Shown one piece after another: positions 31,421 through 47,642 of a stretch of 64,000 bases of DNA (the first letter of the stretch is position 1; each line of letters begins with the position of its first letter). The stretch lies in NCBI RefSeq assembly GCF_009914755.1, contig NC_060931.1. One strand, 5' to 3'. The notes beneath the pieces were generated by a model. The model had not been told where the DNA came from. It was given only the letters and a program-made list of their open reading frames with translations, and made no database searches. Made by a program: the position numbers and the translations under genes. The stretch is from the human T2T-CHM13v2.0 reference genome, Homo sapiens.

Positions 31421-31574
31421 TACAATGCCAAAAGAAAAGAACATCTTACAGATCTTAAGAGCATCACAGGCATAGAAGGAAAAGGAAACCTTGGAAAGTG
31501 GAGGCGTCATTGTGCTCCATTGTCCCCTTAAAGGCATTCATTCACCTGTGTTTGAAACTGCACATGGTGAATGG

Positions 31575-31910
31575 TTTAAAAAAAAAAATAGCAAGAGAAG
31601 GAAAGAAAGAAGAAAGTGGAAGGAAAGAAAGAGAAGGAAGGAAGGAAGGAGAAAGAAAAAAGGAAAAGGGAAGGAAGGAAAGAAAGAAGAGAAAGAAAGG
31701 AAAGAAAGGAAGGAGGGAAAGAGAGAAAGACAAAAAGACAAAAGAAAGAGAGGGAAGGGAAGGGAAGGGAGAGAGGGAGAGAGGAAGGGAGGGAGGAAGG
31801 AAATGAGGAAGGGAGGGAAGGAGGAAGGAAAGAAGAAAGGGAGGGAGGGAGGGAAGGGAAGGAAAGGAAGAAAAAGCAAGGGAGGAAGGAACCAAGCAGC
31901 AGGAAGGAGA
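31575..31910. repeat. Polypurine (GGAA/GAAA/GGGA)n tract
   Basis: Almost pure A/G on the + strand. Confidence 0.95.
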
Positions 31911-32769
31911 ATTCTTGGGAAATTGGAGTCTATAACCTCCCTAGGAGGAGGGGCACTGATAAACACCCCAGGGTTTCAGTTGAACCTTTTGAAATACTAC
32001 ATGCATTAAGATTAAGGGCAAACCAAAAGCCTTTGGAGAATCAAGTTCGGCCTTAAATTATCTCAATAATTGATTAGCCAAAAATGATCTTTACGTACCG
32101 TAAACGCCTGCCGCATGAAAAGTTAAATCTCTCTGAGAGAGAACAAATGTATAGCCACTATAATTTTTTAAATATAACGTGGCATTTAAGCAAAAATCAA
32201 CAGGCATGTCCGGAAAAAGAACCGAATTAAGAAAAAATAAAGAGAAACAGCAGACAATAGGAAAATCAAACATAGGAAATTCAGATACTGGATTTATATA
32301 AAACAGACATTAAAACAATTGTATAGATGTTTAAGAAAATGAATGACAAGATAAATTCACCGGTGAATAGCTAAAGTCTATTTATTCTTAATTTCTTTCT
32401 AATTCAATAATTTAACTTTTACTTTTTATTAAAGTGATCCATAATTTTTAAAGGTCAAATGGTAATTTGTTATGCAGAAATAGAATTTAAAAATAAACAT
32501 CAAACAGTTCCAAAAGGTCAATTGCGCAAAATGGTGTTCTCTCTTTCCTCCTCCTCCATTCCTTTTTCCCAAAGATAACCACTTTCAACTAGTCAGTTAC
32601 CTCTTTGGATAATTATATCCATATTTCTAAGTAAGTGATTTTTAAAAAAATATTTATTTTCTTTTCTGATTAAAACACCTAACTGAAGGATGAAGATGTA
32701 ATACTCTTACTTGTTTCTCCAATCCACACACATACATTCTGTCCTGATTCTCCCATATATAATTTTTAA

Positions 32770-33094
<325 letters not shown>

Positions 33095-33507
33095 AAAATT
33101 TGTTTATTTTTAACACAGAATAAAGTAGCAATTCTGGAACCCATCAAAAAATAAAGAAAATGCACTCAATAGATGTGGTTAAAGCAAATTGGACACAGTA
33201 GAAGAGATTAGCGAACTTTAAAGAGGTCAGTAAAAAATATCCTGCTAATGTGTGAGAAGGAAAAGTGGGAATAGAGAAAAGAGAGTAAGAGAGGATTAGA
33301 GCACAGCGAATTGTCAAACATGTAACTGAAGTTTGAAAAGGAAAGGGGAGAAAGAATGGGGTGGATGCAATGCTGGCTGAGAATTTTCCAAAACCAATAA
33401 AGACATTAAGCCACAGATTCAGGAAGTCCTATAAACTCCGAATAGGATACGTGCAATGAAATCCACATGAAAGCAATCATCATTACATTTCTAAAACCCA
33501 AAGACAA

Positions 33508-33845
33508 TTTTTTTTCTTTTTTTTTTTCCTTTTTTCTTTTTTTTGAGACGGAGTTCCCCTCTTTTTGCCCAGGCTGGAGTGCAATGCCGTGATCTCAGCT
33601 CACTGCAGCGATCTCAGCTCACTGCAGCCTCTGCCTCCCGGGTTCAAGCGATTCTCCTGCCTCAGCCTCCTGAGTAGCTGGGATTACAGGCATGTGCCAT
33701 CATGCCTGGCTAATTTTGTATTTTTAGTAGAGACGGGGTTTCTCTATGTTGGTCAGGCTGGTCTCCAACTCCCGACCTCAGGTGATGCGCCAGCCTCGGC
33801 CTCCCAAAGTGCTGGGGTTACAGGGGTGAGCCACCAAGCCCGGCC
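33508..33845 (-). mobile_element. AluSp/Sq-like element with an internal 19-bp tandem duplication
   Basis: gatctcagctcactgcagc occurs twice at ~33591-33628. Confidence 0.88.
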
Positions 33846-34077
33846 AAGACAAAATAATAAAAGCAGCCAGGCCCCCTCTCCTTCACACACACATACACCT
33901 TTCAAAGAACAATTTGCCGGACAGACAACTTGTTAACAAACGTAATAAAAGCTAGTACAACTTACAATCATTGGTATCATCTTTGGTGCACTAAAAGAAA
34001 ATAGCTATCCACTAAATTCTGAATGCAGTGAACATGCCCACTAAAAAGAAAACGGACCAATTTTTGCTTCTATGTTA

Positions 34078-34455
34078 CTAGGTTGGTGCAAAAGTAATTG
34101 CAGTTTTTGCCATTGAAAGTAATGGCAGTAGGGCGAGGTGGCTCATGCTTATAATCCCAGCACTTTGGGAGGCTGAGGAGGGTGGATCACTTGAGAGGTC
34201 AGGAGTTTGAGACCAGCCTGGCCAACATGCTGAGACCCTGTCTCTACTAAAAATGCAAAAATTATCCAGGCATGGTAGCAGGTGCCCATAATCCCAGCTA
34301 CTTGGGAGGCTGAGGCAAGAAAATTGCTTGAACCTAGGAAGCGAAGGTTGCAGTGAGCTGAGATCACTCCAGCCTGGACAACAGAGCGAGATTCTGTCTC
34401 AAAGAAAAAAAAGAAACTAACGGCAAAAACCTCAATTATGTTTGCATCAACATAG
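34078..34455. mobile_element. MADE1 split by an AluS insertion (~34128-34412)
   Basis: Left arm ggttggtgcaaaagtaattgcagtttttgcc, right arm ggcaaaaacctcaattatgtttgcatcaac. Alu TSD gaaagtaatggca / gaaactaacggca. Confidence 0.9.
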
Positions 34456-35561
34456 TAAGTTAGTTTCCTTCCCACTATTAACAATTAGAAACTAAACAAA
34501 TGTACAAATTAAGTGTTTTCTGTAATTGGACAGCAGATAGTACAGGGCTGTGATCCACGTGAGAAGAGGTACAAATTACGTGTGTCCTGCAACTGCCCAG
34601 CTTTCTACCTGGAGATCGTTTCTGTATCGCTGCAGAGGAAAAGGAAGCCAAACAGAACACAGGGGTCTCACTAAATTGAGGGATCAGAGTTCATGAAGGC
34701 TTAGGTAGCTAGATTTTGTGGGGCAGAGAACTGGAGAGGAGAAGGCAACACAGATAGAAAGGTGGAAATTTTTTATAACGATTTAAGTTCCTAGTTGACA
34801 ACTAAGATGTGCATAAAGAGACAAATCCCATGCCGCTAGGCAGAGAACAGTTAGTGGAGAGTTGTTAAGTCGAACAATTTCTAGACGTAAGAAAGAACTG
34901 GAAAATAGGCAAGTTCTGATGATCCTGAGTGAGAAAACTCATTGAACACCCGGCAGGTACAATACAGCCCATATGGATTGCCCCTTCCTGGTAGCAGGAA
35001 TAAACTAGCTCTAGAATAACAGCTATTTAAGACTTGACCTAACAAAGCTTAAGAGCAAACATCAAATGGATCAAGGTGATTCCCAAGTTACTAATCCAAT
35101 GCCTAGCAAAGAAACTTCAAAACTCTTCAAAGGACAAAAGCAAAATTCAGAAACTCAACAACATAACACCCACAGTGTCCATGGAAACAGAAGGAAAAAT
35201 AACAATGGCAATGGAATCTGCAGAAAGGGGCTTTCGAGCAGCTATTAGGATGTTCAAGGATTTAAAGGAAATTGTGAACAATAAAGGAAGGCATGCAAAC
35301 TAAAAAAAGAAGCAAATAAAATTGTAGTGCTGAAAAATGTATACTTAATGTGAAAAAGCTATTTGAGGGCTTAACATAACATTAGGTATTGTAGAAAAAT
35401 AAGTGAGTTTGAAAAAATAGAAACTGAAGCAGAGAAAGAATGCTGGCTAAAAAAATCTTAAAATCTTTGATGGCAGGTGGGACAATATCAAGCTACCTAA
35501 CATATGTTCGATTTTAATACCTAAAGCGAGAGAAAAAGAGAGAGACTGTAAACACGCGTGC

Positions 35562-35562
<1 letters not shown>

Positions 35563-35602
<40 letters not shown>
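35563..35602. repeat. (TG)20 microsatellite
   Basis: Perfect run. Confidence 0.95.
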
Positions 35603-35604
<2 letters not shown>

Positions 35605-35932
35605 GGGAAGGTTAAACAGAAAAAAGTATTTGAATAAATAGTGGCTAATATTTCCCAATTTGATAAAAGCCTAAATATACAGCTCCACATGACAGAATTT
35701 ACTGCAAGAAAGATAAATACAAAAAATGCACACCAAGGTACCTTATAATCAAATTGCTGAAAACCAATGATAGAGAAAAATCTTAAAGTATCCAGAAGAA
35801 AAAAAACATTATAGCAGGAGAACAAAGAGAAGATGTAATACTAACTTCTTTTAAGGAACAATACAAGCCAAAAGACAATGGAACATTTTTAATGTGCTGA
35901 AATTGAAAACAAAAACAAAAACACTGAGAATT

Positions 35933-37088
35933 GTCATGACGGTTTTGACTTGCATGTCTCTAACAATTAGTGATGCTGAGCTTATTTTCAAATGCTTATT
36001 GGTCATGTATATGTCTTCTTTTGAAAACTGCCTGTTTGTGTCCTTTGCCCACTTTGTTATGGGGTTGTCTGCTTTTTGCTTGTTAATTTAAGCACCTTAT
36101 AGATTCTGGATATTAGCCCTTTGATAGATGCGTATTTTACAAATATTTTCTCCCAATTCTGTTGGTTGTCTGTTTACTTTGTTAGTTTCTCTTCCTTTGC
36201 AGATGCTCTTTAGTTGAATTAGGTCCCATTTGTCAATATTTGTTTTTGTTATTGCTTTTGGCACCTTTGTCATTAAATCTTTGTCAGGATCTACGTCCAG
36301 AATGGTATCTTCTAGGTTTCCTTCAAGGGTTTTTATAGGCCCATAAACCCTTTAGGTTTTATGTTTAAGCCTTCAATCCAGCTAGAATTGATTTTTGCAT
36401 ATGTTAAAAGGAAGGGGTCCAGTTTCAATCTACTGCTTTGGCTAGCCAGTTATGCCAGTAATATTTATTGAAAAGGGACTCCTTCAACTGTGGAAAGCAG
36501 TTTGGAGATTACTCAAAGAACTCAGAACAGAACAAGCACTTCACCCAGCAATCCACTGGGTATATACCCAAAGGAATATGAATCGTTCTACCATAAAGTC
36601 CTTTGCATACATGTGTTCATCACAGCACTATTCACAATAGTAAAGATATGGAATGAACCTAAGTACCCAGCAATGCTAGACTGGATAAAGAAAACGTGGC
36701 ACATACACACCATGGAATACTACTCAGCCATAAAAAAGAATGAGATCATGTCTTTTGCACAACAGGGATAGAGCTGGAGGCCATTATCCTAAGCAATTTA
36801 ATGCAGAACAGAAAACCAAATACTGCATGTTTTCACTTATAAGTGGGAGCTAAACATTGAGTACATATGGACACGAGGAAGAGAACAACAGACACCAGGG
36901 CCTATTTGAGGGTGGAGCAGGAGGAAGTTGAGGATCAGAAAACTACCTACCAGATACTATGCTTATTACCTGGGTAATGAAATAATCTGTACACTAAATC
37001 CTTGCAAGACTCAATTTACCTATATAACAAACTTGCACATGTACCCCTGAAACAAAAGTAAAAGTTAAAAAAAATAAATAAAAAAAAT
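35933..37088 (+). mobile_element. 5'-inverted (twin-primed) L1PA13-16-like insertion
   Basis: Minus-oriented ORF2 segment 35933-~36485 joined to a plus-oriented 3' end with poly-A. TSD actgagaatt at 35923 and 37089. Confidence 0.85.
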
Positions 37089-37103
37089 ACTGAGAATTTC
37101 CTA

Positions 37104-37617
<514 letters not shown>

Positions 37618-38276
37618 TTCGAGAATTTATAGCCATCAGGCTGAAGTAAATGACAACAGAAACTTAGGAATGATAAGTCCTGGGAATGGAAAATATGTGA
37701 ATAAAAATAAAAAGTTTGTCATTATTTTTAACTTTCTTTAAAAGGTAGTTTACTGTTTAAGACAAAAATATTACCCAATGCATTTATGGGATTTATAAGA
37801 CATGTATAAGTAAAACATGTACGACAGCTACAGCACAAAGGGAGTAAGGAAATGGAAATATACTATTAAAAGATAGTCAATTTATCCATGAAGTGGTATA
37901 GTATCATTTGATATCACACTGTTATATTTGAAGGTGCACATTGTTAAACCCCAGAACACAAAGAGATACAGCAAATAAGCCAATAGAGAATAAATACAAT
38001 ATTTGAAAAATAATCAATACCAGAAAAGTCATGAAAAGGGAAAAACGAACAAAGAACAGATGAAACAAAAAAGAAATAGCAAGATGGTACATTTACACCT
38101 AAATATATTGTGAATTGCATTTAATTTAAAGAGTGTGAACCACTACCAAATTTGGCCATATTAAATTTATAGAGCACTATATTAACATAATCTTTTCAAG
38201 TGCCTTTTGAATGTTCATAAAAGATAGACTCTGTATCTTGTGCCACAAAATAATTCTCAGTACTTTGGTATTTTAA

Positions 38277-38730
<454 letters not shown>

Positions 38731-40172
38731 CTATTATAACCATAACGGAATTAAATTAGAAATCAGTAATAAGAAGACACCTTAAAAATTCCCCAAGATT
38801 TTACAAGTAAAAAACAGTTTTGCATAATGCGTATGTCAAAGAATAATCACAAAGGAAGTTTAAAAATATTTTGAACTAAATGAAATGAAAGCACAAGGTA
38901 TTGAAATTGGTGAGATCAGCTAAAACAGTGCTTACAAGGAAAATTATAGCTTAAAATGTTTACTTTACAAAAAGATGAAAGGTTTAAAGCCAATGTTTTA
39001 AGATTCTAACTTAAAAAGCTAAAAAGAGAAGAACAAATTAAGTTGAAAGAAAATAGAAGAAAGGAAAAAGGATGGGGAAATCAAATTTAAAAATGGACAG
39101 AAAAATGAAATAAAACATCATAAAATTAATAAACCTGTAGCTAACTAGATTTGAAAATATGGCAAAAACACCAAGTACCAAGATCAGGAATCAGTATAGA
39201 TCCTAACGATATAAAAAAGAATAACAAGGGAATATTATAAAGCAATGTTATGACAAAAAATGGACAATTTAAACAAAAGAGAAAAATTCTTTTAAGAAAC
39301 ACAAATTACCAAAATAGACCCAAGGAGATATAAAAAATCTGAATATTCCTATATCTTTTAAAGAAACTGAATTCATAATTAACCTCCTATGCCCTCAAAA
39401 CATAAACAAATTCCTCTGTGCCCAGATGGTTTCTCTGGTGAATTCTAACATTTAATGAAGCGCTAATACCAATCTCATAAAATGCTTTCATAAAATAGAG
39501 AGCGGGAACACAGCTCAACTCATTTTATGAGGCTACTGTCTCTCTGTTATCAAAATCAAATACAGGCAATACCAAAACAGAAAATGAAAATAAATGCAAA
39601 AAAAGCCTTAACATATATTAGCAAGCCAAATCCAGCAATATATAAAAAGGATAAGACATCTTGACAAGGTGGAGTTTTTTTAAGTCATACAAAATTAGTC
39701 TAAATCTTAAATTCTAAAAGATGAATCAATTTAATTTATCCTATTTATAGAAGAAAAAATTACAATCATCCTAATGCATTCATGAAGAGTGTTTGGCAAA
39801 ATTCAACACCTATTCTCCATGAAAACTTAGAAAGTTTGGAATAAAAGGGAACTTTTTCATCCTGCTAAGGGGTACTACAAAAAAACCTACAGCTAACATC
39901 ACACAAAATGGTTAAAAACTGAATGCTTTCCCTGTAAAATCAGGAAAAGGGCTTCTATTGAACATTTGTTGGAGGCTCCAGCCAGTGAAATAAGTCAATA
40001 AAAAGACAGAAAATGCATCCCGATTGGTAAGTAAGAAGTAAAATTGTTTTTATTGAAAAGCAACATGATTGTGTAAATTAAAAAATAAGGGTATTTGAAT
40101 GAAAGTGACCTTAACAAGGTCACAGAATACAAGGTCAATGCCAACAATAAACAACTGAAAAATGAAATTTTA

Positions 40173-40496
<324 letters not shown>

Positions 40497-41169
40497 TCAA
40501 AACCATGAAATATTATGGATAAGCTTAACAAAATAAGTGTAAGTTCTGTATACTAAAAACCTCAAAACATTGCTGAGAGAGATTAAAGAAGACCAAAAAT
40601 AAATGGAGACCTATACCATGTTAATGGATTAGAGGTTTGATAATTTTAAGATGTCAATTCTCTCCAAATTGATCTACAGGTTCAGCATCATCAATATCCT
40701 AATAAGCTGTTTTGCAAAATTTGACAAGCTGGTTTAAAAATTTATATATGTATGCAAAGGACATAGAATAGCCAAAACCATTTTTTCAGAGAAGTTGGAA
40801 AGACTTTCTTTCCAACTGATTTCAAGACTTAACTATAAAGCTAATCAAGAGAGTGTGGTTTTGGCACAAGGATAGATGTATAGAGCAAAGGAACAGAAAT
40901 GATTAGGAATAGACTCACTTGCGTGTGACCAATTAGTTTTTCACAAAGGTGCCAAATTAATTCAAATTAATTAATTTAATGAGGATAGTCTTTTCATCCA
41001 GTTCTGCTGGAATAACTGGATATTCATGTGGAAATAAATGAACTTTGATACTTTATTTACCCTATAGGCAAAGATTAACTCCGAATGGATCGTAGACCTA
41101 AAAGATAAAGCCGCAAAACTTTTAAAGAAAACCCAGGAGAAAATTTTTGAAACCTTGAGTAAGCAAAAA

Positions 41170-41490
41170 TTTCTTTTTTTTTTTCTTTTCTTTTTTTTTT
41201 TAATTTCCCTTGAGACAGGGTCTCGCTTTGTCGCCAAAGCTGGAGTGCAGTGGCACAATCACAGCTCACTGCATCCTCCACCTCCCGGGCTCAAGCCATC
41301 CTCTCAACTCAGCCCCGGAATAGCTGGGACTACAGGCTTGCGCCACCATGCCCGGCTAATTTTTGTATTTTTTATAGAGACAGACTCTCAGCATTTGCCC
41401 AGGCTGGTCTCAAACTCCCATGCTCAAGTGATCCGCCCACCTCGGTCTCCCAAAGTGCTGCGATTACAGGCGTGAGCCAACGTGCTCAGC
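41170..41490 (-). mobile_element. AluJ element
   Basis: Reverse-complement Alu. Confidence 0.88.
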
Positions 41491-41527
41491 CAAAAACTGC
41501 TTAACGAGGATACAAAAGGCACAAATT

Positions 41528-41854
<327 letters not shown>

Positions 41855-44154
41855 TCATAAAAGAAAAATTTGATCATTTTGATTTCATCAAATTTTAAAT
41901 CTTATGCTTCTGAAAAATTCATTTTTGATAAAATGAATAGACAAGTCACAGGCAGGCAAAAATTATTCATAATACATATCCATTATTTCATTCTTATGAA
42001 ATTCTAGAACAGAAAAAAACAATCTGTAGTGACAGAAATTAAATGGGTGGATTCCTGGGGCTGAGTGGTTGACTCCATCAGAGTACAAGGGCACAGTTTA
42101 GGTTGAAGGAAATGTTTATGTCTTAATTATGGTGATGGTTACAAAGGTTTATACATTTTGTCAAACTCATCAAAGTGTACATTTTAAATGGGTGCATTTT
42201 ATTATATGTAAATTATCCTCAATAAAGTTGATTTGAAAAGAAAGAAGAAAATGAAGCCTTAAAAAAAATTATGGTTGTACAAAAGGAAGATAAATGTTTG
42301 AGGTGACTGATTTGCTAGTTACTCTGATTTGATCATTACACATTGTATACATGTATCAAAATATTACACTGTATCCCATAGATATGCACAATTATTCTGT
42401 GTTCATTTAAAATGATAATTTAAAAGTTAAAGATTGTGGTTAAAATTTTGTAAAAGGAAAGAATTGCTATAGTGAGCTATTCAGACAGAAAAAGATATGG
42501 TTTCAAATGGAGGAACAGAGATGAAAGGGTAAGGAGCACTGGAAATACCAAATATGTAGGTAAATCTGAATAACTATTGTATTTTAATCTAATAATAATA
42601 AATGCTAATAATGTTTGGTAGTTTCTTAAATCCACGAAGAAGTAAAATACATGAAAACAATTGCACAAAATGTAGGAATGGGGTAAACAGAGTTAAAGTG
42701 TTCTAAGGTCCTTGCAACTTTAGATACAACTTGTATTAAAGTGATAAATGTACTAATTTAGGATATATACCAGTGGGTCAAGGATACACACTGCGGTCTC
42801 TAGGGATATCACTAAAATAATAATAAAAGAATGTAAAACTAACAAGGACGACTAAAATTGTATAATAAGTGCCAATCTCCCTGAAAGATGGAACATTTCA
42901 AAAATTGGATACACCTAATAATATAGGCTCAAAATATATAAAGCAAAACCTACAAAATTAAAAGCAATTATTATTGTGTATTATTAGCTCAATCTGATTG
43001 ACATAGTAAATAATCAAAGAACTAGAAGAACGCAAATTACAACATAAGAGAAGAAAATCAAAATATATTAGCTAAAAACTGTAAATTAGGAAAATGAGTA
43101 TATTATTTAGTCTGGGCATGTTGAAACGGATCTGATTAAACATAGCTGCTTCAGGGCAGTGAGAAAGCTTAGAGCAATATATTAGTGCTTGTCAACGTAT
43201 GTCTTGCTCTAAAACCAACACTTCTAAGCTTTGGTTTTGCTTTGGTTTTGTTTTGTTTTGTTTTTAATTCAGGGCAAGAAGTGGAGACTTCCAGGAAACA
43301 TGACGGTGTTAACTGGACATTTTTTAAAACCTCCTCCCTGAAACCTACAAAAACCAACAAAGGAACTAATGATTAAAATGAAAACCAAACTGAAACTTAG
43401 AGACAGCCTTAACCTTTCCCTATGAATGCCAAGGAATACTTGCCAGATAGAATACAACTTGAACCAAAATGAAATATGATGCTGGAGTTTGGCCACAATT
43501 CCTGTGCTTCGGAACCAACGCAGTGCTGTGGGCCCAAGAGCCTTGCTAACACAAACCCCCCGACCCCAAGCTGAGATCTGGCGATGTGGTTGGACTCGGA
43601 ATGAGAAAGGTTCCTCCTGCACCACAGATCAGCTCCAGCGGAGAGGCCTCGTGGGACCAGGTACTGCCAATGTTAATGAGTCCCAGCTTTTTTATGGTGA
43701 AACAAAGGGATTCGATTGGAAATAAAGCAAATTTCTTATCAAAGAAGAAAATTAAAGGTAGAGAAAAGTGTGTGCTGATACCACCCCCAACCCATCCCTA
43801 ATCAAATCTCAGGGCTGCCTTGATCTTACCATGAGCATCATGAATGAGGTTTTTGAATGCTTTTAAATACACAAATGAGACTCACGTCAAATCAACGGAA
43901 TCAGAATCTACAAAAGCGAGGCCCAGACAACAGTAGTTGAAAAAACTCCCCATTATGAGATAACATGTTTAGCCTAATCAATAGGCAAAATTTAAAAGTA
44001 TTTATAACAACCCAATGTTGGCAGAGGTAAAAAGAAATAAACATGTTTATAGGAATTCTGAAGAAAATGGTCATGGGGTAAGAAACTTTTATTTTATATA
44101 TTTATATATATTTTTATATATTTATATATATTTATATTTATATATATGTGTGTT

Positions 44155-44581
44155 TTTTTTTAGATGGAGTCCCCAGCTCCCAGGCTCAAGGGATTCTCTT
44201 GCATCAGCCTCCCGAGTAGCTAGGATTACTGGCACACACCACCATGCCTGGCTAATTTTTTTGTATTTTTAGTAGAGATGGGGTTTTGTATTTAAGAGGC
44301 AGAATCTCACTGTCTCCCAGGCAGGAGTGCAATGATGCAATCATAACTCACTGCAGCCTCAAACTCCTGAGCTCAAGTGATCCTCCCACCTCAGCATCCC
44401 AAAGTGCCGGGGTTATAGGTGTGCACCACCATGCCTAACTAATTTTTTAATCTTTTTCTGGAGACAGTGTCTCACTATGTTGCCCAGGCACTGGTCTCAA
44501 ATGCCTGGCCTCACGTGACCCTTGAGCCTTGGCCTCCCAAAGTGCTAGGATTATAGGTGTGAGCCACTACCACGCCTAGCC
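44155..44581 (-). mobile_element. Alu fragment fused to an AluJ
   Basis: Two reverse-complement Alu segments after a (TA)-rich run. Confidence 0.8.
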
Positions 44582-44952
44582 TTGGATCACAAATTTTCAC
44601 GTGGAGTGATATCCACTAGTGTAACACTCTGGATCTCTATATTTCCTCGCTCACTTCTCTGATTAGTAAATGGAGAAAGGAAAAGGACTGTTAGATACAA
44701 TCCTCTTGTTCTCTCTCCTCAGCTCTCCCTTCCCACAGAGAGCACTGACTTTGACATTGTACTTAGCCATCACTCCCTGTGGCTGGCCAAGTGGTACATG
44801 TCCTAATTCTGGGTGCAACATACCAGAACTGGCACTGTGATCCCCGTCAACCTGACCCCAACTTCGGAGAGAGAAGAAAAGCGCAATTTGTGAATTCCCC
44901 TCAAGCCCATCGGGGCAAAGTCAACAAAGATAGATGTAAAAATAACATTGGC

Positions 44953-45262
44953 GGCCAGGCGCGGTGGCTCACACCTGTAATTCCAGCACTTTGGGAGGCG
45001 GAGGCAAGCAGATCACGAGGTTAGGAGTTCGAGACAAGCGTGGCCAACATGGTGAAACTCCGTCTCTACTAAAAATACAAAAATTAGCTGGGCATGGTGG
45101 CGGGCACCTATAATGCCTGTAATCCCAGCTACTCGGTAGGCTGAGGCAGGAGAATCGTTTGAACCCAGGAGGCGGAGGTTGCAGTGAGGTGAGGTCGTGT
45201 CACTGCACTCCAGCTCCAGCCTGGCTGACAAGGTGAGACTCTACCTCAAAAAAAAAAAAAAA
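44953..45262 (+). mobile_element. AluSg/Sc-like element
   Basis: gatcacgagg diagnostic, acattgg flanks. Confidence 0.88.
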
Positions 45263-45977
45263 TTACATTGGGTGCTACCAACACCACAAACCTGCCACCT
45301 CATCACAGTGCATCCTTTTTTCTTCTTCCCCATGAAGAGGCCCTGCATCTCTTCCTGCCAAAGGCCAGGCCCTCCGCTGTGCTTCGTAGGATACTATTCC
45401 TCCCCATTTTCTAGGAACCCTGCACTAGATCTCATACCCTTTATCTGTGGATTTTACTTTGCTAATTAGCATAACGCTCTATTTTAGAAGCCAGACCATG
45501 TCAGAGTCACTCTTGGCACCTTCCTCCTCCCCGACCGCGTTCTCAATCCATTTCTGAGTCCCATCACACGGTTCAATATTCCAATGTGAAAAACAATATT
45601 CAATAACACATCTCCCTCCCCGTTTCGTCTTCCAGATCCTCCGATCTCCTACAGGGCAAGTATTGTAACTTTCTTGCGTTTCTTTCCAGAGATATTTTAC
45701 ATATATCTGCTGCTTCTTTATACAAATGCTAACACACTGTACACATTGTTCTCTACCTTTCTTTTTCACTTGACAAGGTACTACTTTTAGGTCACATGTA
45801 CATATAGTGAGGTATAGGATATGCAGGCACCACGTGCCTCCTGGTATGACACAGTGAAGATAACAACACATGTATGCACTATTCCTGACAAAAAAGAATA
45901 ACCTGATTCCAATCATGAGAAAACCTCATACAAACTCAATCAAGTGGAGGAACCTTGTGAAAGTTGACCTGGATTGG

Positions 45978-46332
<355 letters not shown>

Positions 46333-46900
46333 CTAAGAAATTCTTACAGCTTAAAGACCTGGCAGCGAAATAGAATGTCCAACTCATGGTCGAATCTTGG
46401 TTTTAAAACAAACTATAAAGGACATTATTGCAACAAACTGGGAAATTTGATTTTGGCCTGCATTTACTTTATTAGTGTTAAGCTTCCTGGATACAATAAG
46501 TATATTGTGGTCACACAGGAAAATGTAATTGTCTTTGTGAAATATCTGCTAAATATTTAATGGTGAAGTCTGTTGTGATGTTTTCCATTTATTTCTACCT
46601 AATATTCAAATGGTTCAAGAGAGAGTAGAGAAAAGGAAAAGAAGAAACAAATGTGCAGGATATACGGCTGTTTTTGGTACTATTTTTACAATGTCTCTAG
46701 TTTTGAAATTTTTTTATTTAAAAAAATCAGAGAAAGATTGAAGACATCACACATGTTTATAGATGCATACAAAAAAATGGGTTTCATAAAAGCCAAACTG
46801 GCAACATTGGATGTCAATCACCTTGGAGGGGTGGAATGAAACGATAGCATTAGATAGAGAAATAAATACTGTAACACTTTTTCTTTTCTATTTTTTTTTT

Positions 46901-47026
46901 ATTATACTTTAAGTTCTAGGGTACACGTGCACAACGTGCAGATTTGTTACATATGTATGTATACATATGTAACATGTAACAAACCTGCACGTTGTGCACG
47001 TGTACCCTAGAACTTAAAAGTATAAT
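46901..47026. mobile_element. Fold-back (palindromic) L1PA 3'-end fragment
   Basis: attatactttaagttctagggtacacgtgcacaacgtgcag...ctgcacgttgtgcacgtgtaccctagaacttaaaagtataat. Confidence 0.9.
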
Positions 47027-47310
<284 letters not shown>

Positions 47311-47642
47311 TAACATTTCTTATTCTATTTCATTCTGCCTTGTTGGCATTTGTTGCAATGAGAATGTACTACTTTTCATTTTTTGTACCAAAAAAATAAG
47401 CTTACATTTTGTAATTTAAATTCTCCACAGGTTATTCATGCACAAATCAAGATGAAGCATCAAATATCTCCAAATATCCCCAACTCTCCAGCCCCACGCC
47501 TGGAGACGCCCTGGATTTCCCCAGATCCAAAGGCCAAGCCTCCAGAGCCTTGGTCCCTGGGGCTGGATGCTAAGTATTTTGAATACCACCTACTATGAAA
47601 TCCATTAATAAGTAAAATTGATGTGAAATAAAAACGAGTTCA

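Noticed and set aside
43280-43930. Unique segment with some CpGs, considered as a pseudogene or exon
   Set aside because: There is no recognisable protein similarity in the ORFs, no poly-A or TSD, and no convincing splice-site pair. It may be regulatory, but I cannot support that.
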